DNA of 64,000 bases from Desulfonema magnum (GCF_017377395.1 NZ_CP061800.1:3429633-3493632); one strand, 5' to 3'. Positions 11,581 to 25,017 are shown, counted from the first letter of the stretch. Made by a program: numbers and translations. Notes: generated by a model not told the origin, from the sequence alone.

Positions 11581-12555
11581 TCAATTCTGTTCCAGAGTTC
11601 TCTTGGTGAGAATAAAGTTATGCTGGACTAAACGAAACACATCTCCTGACACAATTTTCTCTTTGGTGTTTTTCCAACTGGCATAGCGTGAAGCGTGTTT
11701 TTGTGTCAGGCTGCTGTTTCCGCTTCTGACTTTCAGTTCAGCCGCGATAACCTGGGTCAGATCAAATACATCAGCAGGAGAAATGTCATCGCAATCATTG
11801 ACTTCCACAAGAAGAATCGGCTCATATCCGCCTTTGTTCATGTAGAACTTGGAAATATTCATATAAACATAATACAGAAGCTTATAGACATATCTGGGAA
11901 TGACCCCGCTCACCGGCTGTTTTGGAAAAGAAAACGTCTTATATTTTACCCCGGCTTCATGGGCAATTCCCTCAGCTACGGGTAAAATATGTTTCACAAC
12001 AGCTTCATAGACTCGTTCCGGTGTGGCCCAGTCCGTGGTAAGATTCTTTTTCCTTGCGATCTCATGATGATGCAGTGAAACCTGTCTCAGCATTTGGAAA
12101 ACGTCATTTGGTGTCCGGGTAATTCTCTGTTCCATTGATTGCAAGAAATTATTTTCCGCTATAAGATGACTGCTGATCAGGCTGAGAACCTGATATACAT
12201 TCTCAGGTCTTGTCCTGATCACGTCCAGGTTACGCGCCTCACTGAGCCTGACCGGATCAATGGCATTGTTATGGAGAAAATTGAACTCCTCGACCACGCT
12301 GACAGCCTTGTTATAGACATTCCGAGGTCTGAGATTGTCACTGATTCGCTTTTTGGTTAATGTGCGGGTCAGCCCGTGCGCTGCCATGAGCGAATTATCA
12401 ATGGATTTTGCCAGATAGTAAACATCTGTGGGCGTGACAGCCTTTTCCGTCTCAATTCCCAATGCATCCGATGGGCATAGCGGAAAACAAAGAACACTGA
12501 TGGCTATCAGAATAAGATAAATAAAACAGTTGAAAATTTTTGGCCTCAAATTCAT
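11581..12555 (-). CDS. hypothetical secreted protein with seven internal P-x-(D/N)-V-(Y/F) repeats
   Basis: 324 aa. N-terminal signal peptide. Repeated TPTDVYYL / RPENVYQVL / TPNDVFQML / TPERVYEAV / SPADVFDLT motifs. Embedded between MCP genes on the same strand. Confidence 0.6.
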   Translation of the reverse strand: MNLRPKIFNCFIYLILIAISVLCFPLCPSDALGIETEKAVTPTDVYYLAKSIDNSLMAAHGLTRTLTKKRISDNLRPRNVYNKAVSVVEEFNFLHNNAIDPVRLSEARNLDVIRTRPENVYQVLSLISSHLIAENNFLQSMEQRITRTPNDVFQMLRQVSLHHHEIARKKNLTTDWATPERVYEAVVKHILPVAEGIAHEAGVKYKTFSFPKQPVSGVIPRYVYKLLYYVYMNISKFYMNKGGYEPILLVEVNDCDDISPADVFDLTQVIAAELKVRSGNSSLTQKHASRYASWKNTKEKIVSGDVFRLVQHNFILTKRTLEQN

Positions 12556-12626
12556 AAGCTCCTCCCGGTTTTTGATAAGTTTAAACAGCGTTAACCTCTC
12601 TCAGAATTTCGCTTTGCTGAAACAGC

Positions 12627-15521
12627 TTAATATTTTTCAAACTCGTCATCATAATCGTCATCATATTTTCCGCTTTTGCTCATCTCATTAAAATCTGTGG
12701 AAACTTTGGCACCTGTTTTTGTTTTTTCCATATTAGTATCTTTGAGTTTTTGTCTCTCTTTGGCCGACAGCAGTTTTCTTTCAGGGTCTGTTTCGGGTTC
12801 GGTCTCGGATGCTGTTATCTGTTCTGCATCATCAAGTTTGAAATAACCAATTGTGTTACGGAGTTGTACAGCCTGACTCGTGAGTTCTTCAGATGTTGAG
12901 GCCATTGCTTCGGATGCTGAGGCCATCTCCTCAGATACTGTCGTGTTCTGCTGAATCACCTGCTCCAACTGCTGAATCGCTTTGTTGATCTGTTCGGCAC
13001 CTGTACTTTGTTCATTGCTTGCTGCGCTGATCTCCTGGACCAGTTCTGCTGTTTTCTCAATATCCGGTACGAGCCGGGCCAGCATTTCTCCTGCCTTTTC
13101 TGCAATTTCTACGCTGGAGATTGATAACTCGGCAATTTCAACGGCAGACCTCTGAGTAAGTTCAGCCAATTTGCGAACCTCGGAAGCCACCACTGCAAAT
13201 CCTTTGCCGTACTTTCCGGCCCGGGCAGCTTCAATCGCGGCATTTAAAGCCAGCAGGTCTGTCTGACGGGCAATATCCTCAATCACAGATATCTTCTGAG
13301 CGATATCCCTCATCGCCACGACGGTTCTGGCCACAGCGTCTCCACTTTCCCGGCCGTGCTGGGCAGATTGTAATGCAATTTTTTCGGTTTGTCTCGCATT
13401 ATCCGCATTCTGAGCGATATTCGCAGACATCTGTTCCATGGACGCTGATGCTTCTTCAGCCGAGGCCGCCTGTTCCGCGGCACCCTGGGACATTTCCTCA
13501 GAACTCGAACTTATCTCATTCGCACTGGAACTCAGCCCCAGGCTTCCGCTGGCAACATTGTCGGCCGCATGTTTCACCTCCGTCACAACATTCCTAAGTT
13601 TTAATATCATTCCTCCCAGGGCATCCGCAAGAATACCAATCTCATCTTTCTGGTTTACGTTTATCTTGGCATTGAGATTCCCCTCAGCCACTGACTTGGC
13701 AAAATAAACGCCTCTGGTCAGGGGCGTTGAAATACCCTTTGCAATAAAAAATGCGAAAACAGCCACCACAATGGCTATCCCCGCACCCATAAACAACATA
13801 TATTTCATCAGATCACGGATTGGCTGCCTGACCTCATTTTCATCGATCTCGGCGAGCAGGGTCCATGTCAGATTTTCCAGTTTCAGCGGAGTATATGCTG
13901 AAAGCACGTCTTTTCCATTATAATCTTTGATGATCTTCTTCCCTGTGGTGCCGGAAATCGCTTCTCTGACAGATTCAGTATCAACTTTTCCCAGGGACGG
14001 ATTATCAAAAGACGCGTTTACCGTGCGATTCACCGGATCAAGAAATGAATCCGAACGCATGAGTTTATCAGACCCCACCAGATAAGTTTCCCCGGTTTTT
14101 CCCATGCCCTCACGCTGCTGCATGATGCTGTTGATCTTTTTTAGAGACAATTGGAGGACCACAATCAGTTCTGTTTCATTGTTATAAAGCAAAGGCTGGG
14201 CCATAAATGCCGCGGGTTTGTTATTACTGGGTTCATAGGGTTCAAAATCACCTATGCCAAAAGTTTTGGTCTGCAATACTTTTCTGATCAGCTTGCCAAG
14301 TACAGAATCAGCATATTTGCCGCTGATCATGTTGCTCTGATAATCTGCTTCGTGTTTCACAGAATAAAAGACTTTGCCCCGGGGATGGATTAAAAAAAGA
14401 TCATCATAGTTATACTTTCGGATGTATTTGGCAAAAAAATCATCTTCTTCTCCGCCTTGCTTGGGCGCAATGGCTTCCTCCAGCTTCATCGTGCTGATGA
14501 TGGCCCAGTTCAATCCCCTGATTTCTATCGGATCATAACTGGCCAGTTTCAAGTCTCCGGTACAGCCGATTTTTATCCTCTGACCGGATTTGCCTTGCAG
14601 CGCCATCTCAATTTCAGGGTTGGATTTTTTTTCGCCAATTTTGCCTTCTTTGAGTACCCTGTTGTTGCGGTAAGTGGTCTTTCCGTCAAGTCTGCCGACA
14701 AGATAAGCTTCTCCTGTCTTTTCCATCCCTTCATGTTGCTGCATGATAGTGTTGATTTTTTCTATTGACATCTGAAATGCGACATAACCTTTCACTTTCC
14801 GACGCGCATCTCGTATTTTGCCTATCATAAAAGCGGCGTACTTATTGTCGGAGGGCGCATAAGACTCAAAATCGGCAATCACGATATCCTCGGCCCCCGG
14901 AGATTGAACCGTCTGAAAAGCTTTTCCTAGCCCTGAATGTTTCAGTTCACTTTCAGGGAGATTTATCCCCAGATCAGATTCCTTGGCAACAGTGTAAACA
15001 ATACAGCCATCAGAGTGAATGAGAAAAATATCATGCCAGCCATTGGCCTTCATAATATCCCTCATACGGGAGTCATACTTTTCCGCAAGGGCATTCCACT
15101 CAGGGGTCAGCGTCTTCTCTCCTGCTGCCTCGAATATTTCATGAAACTCGGTTATGGCTGCCGTAACACAGGGATCATTCCTGAGTAACTGCAACTCCTT
15201 CATCATCGTCTCAAGATAATCCCTGATATGTGCTTTCCGGATCTCCTGAGAAATTGCCAATTTTTCAAAAGCCTTTTCTATGAAGACAGCTACGGTTTCT
15301 GCCAGAATACTCATATCTCCTTTGCGTTCGATAAAAAAGTCCTCAATATAGGCTTTTTTGATTTCACGCACCGCCTCAAGCTGTTCATAGGACTTTGACA
15401 TAAGGGCATCTGTGGAGAGCTTGCTGCCCCACAGCCCCAGAAGAATAAGGGGAATAATGCCTGTCATAAGAAACAGAGCAATGAGTTTGGGTTTCATTTT
15501 AATATCTCTGAGCTTAATCAT
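12627..15521 (-). CDS. methyl-accepting chemotaxis protein with double-Cache periplasmic sensor
   Basis: 964 aa. TM, ~550 aa periplasmic region with two Cache-like halves, TM, HAMP, MCP core ...[38 protein letters not shown]... Confidence 0.9.
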   Translation of the reverse strand: MIKLRDIKMKPKLIALFLMTGIIPLILLGLWGSKLSTDALMSKSYEQLEAVREIKKAYIEDFFIERKGDMSILAETVAVFIEKAFEKLAISQEIRKAHIRDYLETMMKELQLLRNDPCVTAAITEFHEIFEAAGEKTLTPEWNALAEKYDSRMRDIMKANGWHDIFLIHSDGCIVYTVAKESDLGINLPESELKHSGLGKAFQTVQSPGAEDIVIADFESYAPSDNKYAAFMIGKIRDARRKVKGYVAFQMSIEKINTIMQQHEGMEKTGEAYLVGRLDGKTTYRNNRVLKEGKIGEKKSNPEIEMALQGKSGQRIKIGCTGDLKLASYDPIEIRGLNWAIISTMKLEEAIAPKQGGEEDDFFAKYIRKYNYDDLFLIHPRGKVFYSVKHEADYQSNMISGKYADSVLGKLIRKVLQTKTFGIGDFEPYEPSNNKPAAFMAQPLLYNNETELIVVLQLSLKKINSIMQQREGMGKTGETYLVGSDKLMRSDSFLDPVNRTVNASFDNPSLGKVDTESVREAISGTTGKKIIKDYNGKDVLSAYTPLKLENLTWTLLAEIDENEVRQPIRDLMKYMLFMGAGIAIVVAVFAFFIAKGISTPLTRGVYFAKSVAEGNLNAKINVNQKDEIGILADALGGMILKLRNVVTEVKHAADNVASGSLGLSSSANEISSSSEEMSQGAAEQAASAEEASASMEQMSANIAQNADNARQTEKIALQSAQHGRESGDAVARTVVAMRDIAQKISVIEDIARQTDLLALNAAIEAARAGKYGKGFAVVASEVRKLAELTQRSAVEIAELSISSVEIAEKAGEMLARLVPDIEKTAELVQEISAASNEQSTGAEQINKAIQQLEQVIQQNTTVSEEMASASEAMASTSEELTSQAVQLRNTIGYFKLDDAEQITASETEPETDPERKLLSAKERQKLKDTNMEKTKTGAKVSTDFNEMSKSGKYDDDYDDEFEKY

Positions 15522-15537
15522 CTTATTTCTCCTTGAA

Positions 15538-15665
15538 AGTGTTAGGTGTTGGGTGTCAGGTGTTAGGTGTTAGGTGTCAGGTGTTAAGTGTTAAGTGTTA
15601 GGTGTCAGGTGTCAGGTGTCAGGTGTTAGGTGTCAGGTGTTAGGTGTTAGGTGTTAAGTGTCAGA
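15538..15665. repeat. octamer microsatellite GTGTYARG (~16 units) directly upstream of the MCP start codon
   Basis: ggtgttaggtgtcaggtgttaagtgttaag... Same unit at 53401-53433 and, as reverse complement, at 60700-60830. Confidence 0.85.
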
Positions 15666-15711
15666 AATAACATGACGGATGAAATTTTATGATTCATCAT
15701 TGTTTGATCCC

Positions 15712-17865
<2,154 letters not shown>

Positions 17866-18032
17866 GAAAAAACCTTTCTGATTGAAAATTGAATATTGCA
17901 GTAAGCACAGCCAACCGCAGATTTACGGGAAATCAGAAGCACATCTGATATGCTGAAACCGTCTCGGAAGATTTAAAATCGGTTCTCCGTAATTACGGTT
18001 GTCAGCACTAAGAGATACTCAATATTCAATAA

Positions 18033-18401
18033 TTATCCCAACACTTTTTTCACTACAGCCACAAGTTGTTCCGGTCTGAAAGGCTTTACAATCCAGCCTG
18101 TGGCACCGGCTGCTTTGCCTTCCTGTTTCTTGGAAGCCTGAGATTCCGTGGTCAGCATGACAATCGGAATAAATTTGTATTCAGGTTTACTTCTCACTGC
18201 CCGGATGAGTTCGATACCGTCCATGTTTGGCATGTTAAGGTCAACGAACATCATGCGGACACGGGGCCCTTTCAGTTTGGACAAAGCGTCTGCCCCGTCC
18301 ACCGCCTCTACTACCTCATAGCCAGATCCTCTCAGCGTAAAACTCACCATCTGGCGAACGCTGGCCGAATCATCCACTGTCATAATAATTTTTTTATTCA
18401 T
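18033..18401 (-). CDS. cheY: chemotaxis response regulator CheY
   Basis: Receiver domain MNKKIIMTVDDSASVR...MMFVDLNMPNMDG...KPF. Start moved to the internal Met at 18401 because of the ATGA overlap with the upstream STAS gene stop. Confidence 0.85.
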   Translation of the reverse strand: MNKKIIMTVDDSASVRQMVSFTLRGSGYEVVEAVDGADALSKLKGPRVRMMFVDLNMPNMDGIELIRAVRSKPEYKFIPIVMLTTESQASKKQEGKAAGATGWIVKPFRPEQLVAVVKKVLG

Positions 18402-18745
18402 TCCCTGTTTCCTCCTATCCAAAGGCAGGTCTTGTAAGAATCCGGAGTGCAACCGGAAAGACGAAAATATCCCGCGTCTTCCACAGTCTGATTGAAAACC
18501 TGTGATGCTTCGCTGCTCAGTGTAAGCTTTTTATTCAGATTCAAAGCTGTGCGGTGAGCCGAACAGAGCAACTGAAGACAGGAAAGATCAACGGCTGTCA
18601 CATTTTCAATCCTGATGCGGACATTGTCTAATGTTTCCAGTGACCTTATCAGCATCTTCCTGAGTTCGGCCGCATGCTCTATGGTCAGCTCACCGCCAAT
18701 CGTCAATATGCCCATATCACCTGATGGCTTCAATTCGAAATTCAT
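18398..18745 (-). CDS. STAS-domain protein (anti-sigma-factor-antagonist-like)
   Basis: ~115 aa MNFELKPSGDMGILTIGGELTIEHAAELRKML... Start chosen at the Met preceded by GGAGA 7 nt upstream. Confidence 0.7.
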   Translation of the reverse strand: MNFELKPSGDMGILTIGGELTIEHAAELRKMLIRSLETLDNVRIRIENVTAVDLSCLQLLCSAHRTALNLNKKLTLSSEASQVFNQTVEDAGYFRLSGCTPDSYKTCLWIGGNRE

Positions 18746-18811
18746 GATCATCTCCGTTTGCATGTTTGGTGTCCGGTGAACACCGGGTATTTAATCAACC
18801 CAAGAACCGCC

Positions 18812-20743
18812 TTAAAAAAGTTCCACGTTGTCCCCGATATCGTCTTTGTCAGGAACAATTTCGACATGATCCTTTTTTTTCCCATGTTCTTGTTCCGATT
18901 CTTCTTCTCTGACAAGAATCGGGATATCCTTCTGCTTAATATATTTTTCATGAATACCTCGCTCCTGCCGCATGGTGTATCGCTTCGCCAGTTTCTTTGT
19001 TTCAGATGACAATTTCTCAAAATCTTCCCCGACCCGATGCTCAATCATTCGGGCAAAATCTTCCAACTGACGGAGCTGTCCTCTCAGTTCTTCAGCCAGT
19101 GCAGGGAGAAAGTCAAGGGTGGAAATTATCTTTGTAATAGCGTCATTCAGGGTCTCCGCGCGTTGAAATAGTGCTGAAGAATCTGTTCTGTACTGTTCGT
19201 ATGCGCGGGTGATGTCCTGAATTCCCATGTCCAACGATCCGTTATTCTCTGTCCCCCGGGCTTCACCTATGTAGCAGGTTCCCATAGCCTGAACCGAAGC
19301 GGAGACGGATTCCAGAATTTCTGCCACCCGGGTCGCAAAAAGATTTGACTGGTCAGACAGGCTTTTGACTTCTCCCGCGAGTACCTCAAGGGTTCTTCCG
19401 CCTTCCCCCAGGTGCAATGCCTTCACAATGGCATTCAGGGCCACCAGATGGGTTTCAAAACTGATTTCCCGGACATGCTCTATATAGCCTGAAAGCCTGG
19501 CCGTTGTTTCGGAAGCTTCGAGCGCTGTGGCGTGAATCCCTTCAACCAGACCGGTTCCCTGGCTGAGCAGCTGATGAAGGTCCAGAAGAGCGGACTGAAG
19601 TACTTCAAATTCCAGAGAAGAACCATTGTCTGACCCTGAAAGTCCGAAACCTGAAAGACTGTGTATGAGCCTGCCCACTTCTTCGTGAATTTTTCCAAAC
19701 GCCCTCAGACTCTTGTCATACACCTTCTCAATATCTGATATTGTCTGCTTTAACTGCGCGCACTGGATTCCCACGATTGTATAAGCGTCGCAGAATTTTT
19801 TTGTATCTTTATGATCAGATGGTTTTTCCGCACAAAATTGTTCCACATCATAAAGTGCGTTGATGATATGAGATATTCGCTGACTCATGCTGTCATGGAT
19901 CTGAATTCCTGCCACAATTTCACCAATTTGATGAGATACTTCCTGTGTGTGCGCACCAGCTTGTTCCAGAACCTCAAGAGAAAACCGCATTAGCTGCTCA
20001 ATTTCCCGGCCTGAATTTTTCACAGCTTCCTGGGCACCGTCCGCTACTTTACGCAATTGGCTAAGAGCATCGGAAATCTTGTCATGGACAGCCATCTGGC
20101 TGTTGCGCGTGGCTTCGGCATCCTCTCGGATGTTTTCACCGATTTTAATAATCTTTTCAGAAAGATGTAGCGTTTCATGAGAAACCACCGTAAACATATC
20201 CACGAATTGTGCCGACCGGGAACTTTCCACACCGATATTTAGCCCCACCACTCTGAGGAACATACCGATTTTTTTAACCATTTCACATATTTTATAAAGA
20301 TCGCCGAGATGTCTGATGACCCTGCTGACATGATCGATATCAGTAAGAATCTGGGCCTGATAATTTTTAAAATCTGCAAGTGATTCTTTAGCAACCTGTT
20401 CAATTTTGACAAGGGGATCTTCTTCTGAACCGCCTCCGAGCAGCCTGACGGTTTCGAGGGTCTGTTGTGAAAGGGTTGTGGCTTCAAAATAAACAGATTC
20501 GATATCCTGCCCCAGCCGGATAAACTTTGGCTCAACATGCTTACAGGTTGCTTCCAGAGAATTGGCCAAAACGGATAGGGAAATGGTTGTTATTTCAGAA
20601 GCCCTGAGTTCTGATTCTGTATGAGCAGACAATTTTTGTCTTCCTTTTTCCATAAAAGAAAGGGAAAATATTTTTTTAAACAGCCATGCTTTGTAACGTT
20701 TAAACAGCAACGCAAGGGTCCGTCCTTTTTTGTAATATTTCAT
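18812..20743 (-). CDS. soluble divergent MCP-like chemoreceptor protein
   Basis: 643 aa, no TM. Degenerate MCP signalling motifs (FETHLVALNAIVKALHLGEGGRTLEVLAGEVKSLSDQS; MFLRVVGLNIGVESSRS). First gene of the che cluster, downstream of a ~1 kb AT-rich intergenic region. Confidence 0.65.
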   Translation of the reverse strand: MKYYKKGRTLALLFKRYKAWLFKKIFSLSFMEKGRQKLSAHTESELRASEITTISLSVLANSLEATCKHVEPKFIRLGQDIESVYFEATTLSQQTLETVRLLGGGSEEDPLVKIEQVAKESLADFKNYQAQILTDIDHVSRVIRHLGDLYKICEMVKKIGMFLRVVGLNIGVESSRSAQFVDMFTVVSHETLHLSEKIIKIGENIREDAEATRNSQMAVHDKISDALSQLRKVADGAQEAVKNSGREIEQLMRFSLEVLEQAGAHTQEVSHQIGEIVAGIQIHDSMSQRISHIINALYDVEQFCAEKPSDHKDTKKFCDAYTIVGIQCAQLKQTISDIEKVYDKSLRAFGKIHEEVGRLIHSLSGFGLSGSDNGSSLEFEVLQSALLDLHQLLSQGTGLVEGIHATALEASETTARLSGYIEHVREISFETHLVALNAIVKALHLGEGGRTLEVLAGEVKSLSDQSNLFATRVAEILESVSASVQAMGTCYIGEARGTENNGSLDMGIQDITRAYEQYRTDSSALFQRAETLNDAITKIISTLDFLPALAEELRGQLRQLEDFARMIEHRVGEDFEKLSSETKKLAKRYTMRQERGIHEKYIKQKDIPILVREEESEQEHGKKKDHVEIVPDKDDIGDNVELF

Positions 20744-21773
20744 AAATGTTCTTCTTTCAATACGTTGGACAGTTTTTGTAACTTATTGTTTTTATTAGGG
20801 CCGACGTTTTTTTATGTTAAGGATTAAAGTCTTTTAATTTCAATAAATTAAAATTTTGTCATTCCTGATTTTCAAAAACTGTCCGAAGTATTGTCTTTAA
20901 GACTTGTTCTTTTATCGGAAATTATAAAATTTGTAACATCTGCACGGATTGATTTAGTAAGGATTAAAGCAGGTTGTTCATCATAACCTCAATTCTTACC
21001 AAAGGAATCTCTGCAAATCTTGTTTTTTATAGGAAATTATAAAAAACAAGATGTCAGGTATCAGAAAAGAAAGTGTCAGGTATCAGAAAAACTTTCTGAA
21101 ATTCTATGTTCTGAATGCTTCGGAGATTCAGAAAATTCCACTGCTCACTCCTGCTCTTTCTTCCGCTTTAAAAATTTATGGTTTTTTTCATATTTTAGCA
21201 AGCTTTTCTGTATTGCAAATAAAGAACTATCTGAAGTAACAAAAAAATATTTTTTAAAGATTTCAATCCAAGACTTGTCATGGTCAGTCTGAGCAGCTTC
21301 TGAAAAATCCAACTTCGGCGTTTTTTGAAGTCTGTATTAATAGTTATGAAGGCGAAGAAAGACATATCTCTCTGGATAAAAAAAGGTCAGAAAAATTTTT
21401 GGAGAAATTTTTTTCAGACAGCGGAGGAAATCAGCGGGCAGACAGCCTGCCTGCCTATGAACAGACAGGCTATCTTATACGTTTTTAAAATAATACTTTT
21501 AAGGCGTCGGAAGATGTATGAACCTTATTTTATGTGTTTACAAATTTGGTTTATTTCTCTTTTTTCTTACAGCATCCTTCATTTGTCAGTTTTCACCTCA
21601 CTGCATAACAATTTTTCAACTTGTTCCACAGGCCGGAAAAAGTGTGAACCAGTTTTCAGCTTCTGCGAAGGATGCCTTTTTTTCTTACAAGGCAAGCATT
21701 GTACTTCTTCCAAAATTTTTTCTTAAACAGACGTGATCTGCCAGTTACAACAAAACATGAAAGTCTGAGCAAA

Positions 21774-23441
21774 TCACAGAACTGCATAACCCGGCCCGTC
21801 CCCTCCTTCCGGGCATGTCCAGGTAATATTCCTGTAAGGATCCTTAATATCACAGGTTTTGCAATGAAGGCAATTGGACGGATTCAGTTTCAGCTGACGC
21901 CGGGATGTTTTTTCATCTGTCTCAATTTCATATACATTTCCCGGACAAAATCTCGTACAAGGGTTTTTATAGGTTTCATAACACGCATTGACACAAAGGT
22001 TCGGATCATGAACAATGATATGCGGGGGCTGATCTTCCCTGTGCATGGTTTTGGACAGATACACTCCCGTCAGTTTATCCACATACAAAACCCCGTCAAG
22101 AGTATTTTTGTTAAAATCAGTCCGCCCGCGATTTTCCCTGGCCTGTTCAAAGGTAGTGCAATCTTCCTCGGAAGGCAGTCGGTCGCGTATTCCTTTCCCT
22201 TTGGTAAAATACTGGGCCCCAAGATGGATAAACTTAGCAGGCACTTTTTTTGAAAGGGCCTGGGAAAAATTTCTTCCTTCATAAATTTCTTGTCTTGCCC
22301 AGCTTTTTTCAAACAGCTGGGGATAATACTCAAGGGTTTCCCGGGTGAAACTGTCTTTTTCAAGGGCCTTGGCGCACGCTTCCGCGGCAAGCATTCCCGA
22401 CTTCATGGACACATGAATCCCCTTGAGCGCCGGAGAATTCTGCATGGCCGCACTGCCACCGATAAACATGCCGCCGTGGGTGGCAAGCCTGGGCATGGTA
22501 AAATATCCGCCGGTAGAAACTGTCCTTGCTCCCTGTTCAAGAACTTTTCCGTTTCTGATGATATCCGCTACAAACGGATGCTGCTTGAATTTCATGAATT
22601 CATCATAAAGATCAAGCATGGGATTCTCATAAGAAAGCCCCACAAGAAATCCCAGGGCAATCTGATTTTCTGTCATTTCATAGATAAAACCGCCCCCTGG
22701 AATGTTCAGTCCCAGGGGATAACCAAACGTATGAATATCATTGCCGTCACTTGTGGCAAAATAATTGTCCTCAGGCAGCTGAATGACTTCTTTGATGCCT
22801 GTTTCGTACACCTGGGGCATTTTACCGGAAAAAATATCAAGTTTTTGCCCAATCTCCTGGGTCAGACTGCCCCTTGCGCCCTCTCCGAACACGGTGACCT
22901 TTGCAAGAAGATCCATTCCCGGCTCAAAATTCCCCTTAGGCTCTCCATCTTTTCCAAGGCCCTTGTCTCCTGTTCGGACACCGACAATTGTTTTCTGATC
23001 CGGAGCATAAAGCACTTCTTTTCCTGCAAAACCGGGAAAGATATTGACGCCCATATCTTCGGCGATTTCGGCAAGCCATTTTGTAAACCGGGAAAGACTG
23101 ATCACATAAAAGCCTTTGTTGTGCATGTATTTGGAAATAAACGGAAGGCGGCGGGAGTTGTTTTGGGTCAGAAAATAGAATTCATCTTCCCTGACCGTGG
23201 CCTCAATGGGGCATCCCTTTTCCATAAAATCCGGGATAAGTTCTTTCAATGCAATGGGATTCAGGACAGCCCCGCTCAACGCGTGGGACCCGATATCCGC
23301 TCCTTTTTCAATAAGCGCGACTTCAAGTTCTGTGTTTTTCTCTTTCGCGAGCTGCATGAGTTTAATGGCACCGGCAAGGCTTGCAGGGCCTCCGCCCACG
23401 AAAAGTATGTCAAATTCTATGCTTTCACGTTCTGTATTCAT
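21774..23441 (-). CDS. electron-transfer flavoprotein:ubiquinone oxidoreductase (ETF-QO/FixC-like)
   Basis: FAD fold FDILFVGGGPASLAGAIKL. C-terminal 4Fe-4S ferredoxin-like segment ...CPGNVYEI...CLHCKTCDIKDP. Start set at MNTERESIEF; the ORF-track extension to 23573 is upstream read-through. Confidence 0.85.
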   Translation of the reverse strand: MNTERESIEFDILFVGGGPASLAGAIKLMQLAKEKNTELEVALIEKGADIGSHALSGAVLNPIALKELIPDFMEKGCPIEATVREDEFYFLTQNNSRRLPFISKYMHNKGFYVISLSRFTKWLAEIAEDMGVNIFPGFAGKEVLYAPDQKTIVGVRTGDKGLGKDGEPKGNFEPGMDLLAKVTVFGEGARGSLTQEIGQKLDIFSGKMPQVYETGIKEVIQLPEDNYFATSDGNDIHTFGYPLGLNIPGGGFIYEMTENQIALGFLVGLSYENPMLDLYDEFMKFKQHPFVADIIRNGKVLEQGARTVSTGGYFTMPRLATHGGMFIGGSAAMQNSPALKGIHVSMKSGMLAAEACAKALEKDSFTRETLEYYPQLFEKSWARQEIYEGRNFSQALSKKVPAKFIHLGAQYFTKGKGIRDRLPSEEDCTTFEQARENRGRTDFNKNTLDGVLYVDKLTGVYLSKTMHREDQPPHIIVHDPNLCVNACYETYKNPCTRFCPGNVYEIETDEKTSRRQLKLNPSNCLHCKTCDIKDPYRNITWTCPEGGDGPGYAVL

Positions 23442-24254
23442 TATTGTTTCACCGTTGTCAGTTTCAATTTCAATTGAAATATGAAACCGATTGAAAATTT
23501 GGGTTCTGTGATTTTTCTGAGGAGAATGATTTGAAATCTTTCTCCGCTGTTTTGGGATTAATAAAATGAGCAATCTGTTTTCAGTTGTCAGTCAGCTTTT
23601 GGCGGGCGCATGTTTCCATGACTGCTGCTTTCTCCCCTGCCGGAAAGGACATCTGATGTCTTGATGGCTGAATCTGAAAGCTGATGGCTCAGTTTAAAAA
23701 TTATGCTGTTCTGACACCGTTCCCTGGTTATAAATGAACCTTGTTAATAAAAAATTTCCTTTTGCGGAAAGGCAATATAGGAATAAAGGCGTTTGTGTGT
23801 CAAGTGGTAAAGAACAAGTTTTACAGGGCAGAACAGTTTTATGACAAAAAATATATATGCTTGTAAAAGATAAATATTATAAGCAGTTAAATCTTTAAAA
23901 CGATAATCAGATTTTTTTTCTGTCCGACCGGATCGGATAAAAAAATCCGGGCAGTGTTCTAAAAACAGAGCTAAATATTATAACCATTTGAATTAATTAT
24001 TTAAATATTGCAAAAAGTCCAGCTTTGGAACACCACCAAAAACCTGATTATTGAGTTTAAAAAAAGAAAATGCTCAAAGGTAGCATATCACCACCCTCAA
24101 ATACTCTTTCTGCCCTATTGATTTATTTATACCTCTGTTTTATGAAATGAGTTAATCATGGCTTGCAGGCAGTCTGTTAATCATAGCAGCCTGTTTTCAA
24201 AAAAAATCAAATTTATTTTATGACAAATTCATCAGGAATTGAAAGGAGGAGAAA

Positions 24255-24914
24255 ATGGGCAGGTCATCAAAAATTTTAGTGGGTCTGATTGTTTTTTTTA
24301 TGAGCGGATCATTGGTGGTTTTTAATAACATCAACGGATATTACACTTTTATTGCCATGTGTCTGGCAATTTTATCTGTGTTTACGTTAATTGATTCTTT
24401 TTATTACGATATGTTAGAAGAACCCAATGAAAATTTTGAATTAACTGTGAAATCTATCTCCAAGCTCTTTTCTTTGGCTGCTTATTCCATAAAAATTCAT
24501 TCTGCCACGTTTGCGCCGAATATTTATTTTGATCCGAGGGTGTTTAATGATTTAAAAGCAGCAAAAAAACGAGGGGTGAAAATAGAGATTATTCTTTCCG
24601 AACCCGGGATCAATCCGAGATCTGTAAAACCCGATTCTCCCAAAAAGCAAGATAATTTCAGGATGTTTTGGTCCTGGGCAGATGCAGGAACCATATCCGT
24701 TATTCACCTAAATGAGAGGCAGTATCCGCATTTCATCATTGTTGATGATATTCATGTGCGAGTAGAAAAAAAGCACAAAATAACAATCGGTGATGACCCG
24801 AAACAGATAAAAAGAAAGGCGATAACCCGATACATAGATGTTGACACGGCAGAGAAACATTTAAAATCTTTTAATCTTCTTAAATCGTTAAATAAAATGC
24901 AGACTGCCATTTAA
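24255..24914 (+). CDS. hypothetical membrane-anchored protein (possible degenerate PLD-like segment PHFIIVDD)
   Basis: 219 aa, N-terminal TM helices, GGAGG RBS; no confident family assignment. Confidence 0.5.
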   Translation: MGRSSKILVGLIVFFMSGSLVVFNNINGYYTFIAMCLAILSVFTLIDSFYYDMLEEPNENFELTVKSISKLFSLAAYSIKIHSATFAPNIYFDPRVFNDLKAAKKRGVKIEIILSEPGINPRSVKPDSPKKQDNFRMFWSWADAGTISVIHLNERQYPHFIIVDDIHVRVEKKHKITIGDDPKQIKRKAITRYIDVDTAEKHLKSFNLLKSLNKMQTAI

Positions 24915-25017
24915 TTTGATATCTTTTGGGTCAGTTCAGGGAGACGCGATTTACTATTATCCCTTTTCTTTTTGAAGGAGGACAAAGGGCTGCTGATAAA
25001 TATCGAGGTGAAATCAG

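Noticed and set aside
21020-21736. ORFs 21020-21292, 21325-21726 and 21518-21736 in the AT-rich region
   Set aside because: Low-complexity, Phe/Lys/Ser-rich translations of AT-rich DNA without RBS. The region is better explained as the che-operon regulatory region.
22290-23477. 395-aa plus-strand ORF 22290-23477
   Set aside because: It is antisense to the ETF-QO gene and has no recognisable motifs.
24255-24914. Phospholipase D assignment for the 219-aa membrane protein
   Set aside because: Only a PHFIIVDD segment resembles the HxK(x)4D motif, and the Lys and the GSxN part are missing. It was left as hypothetical.
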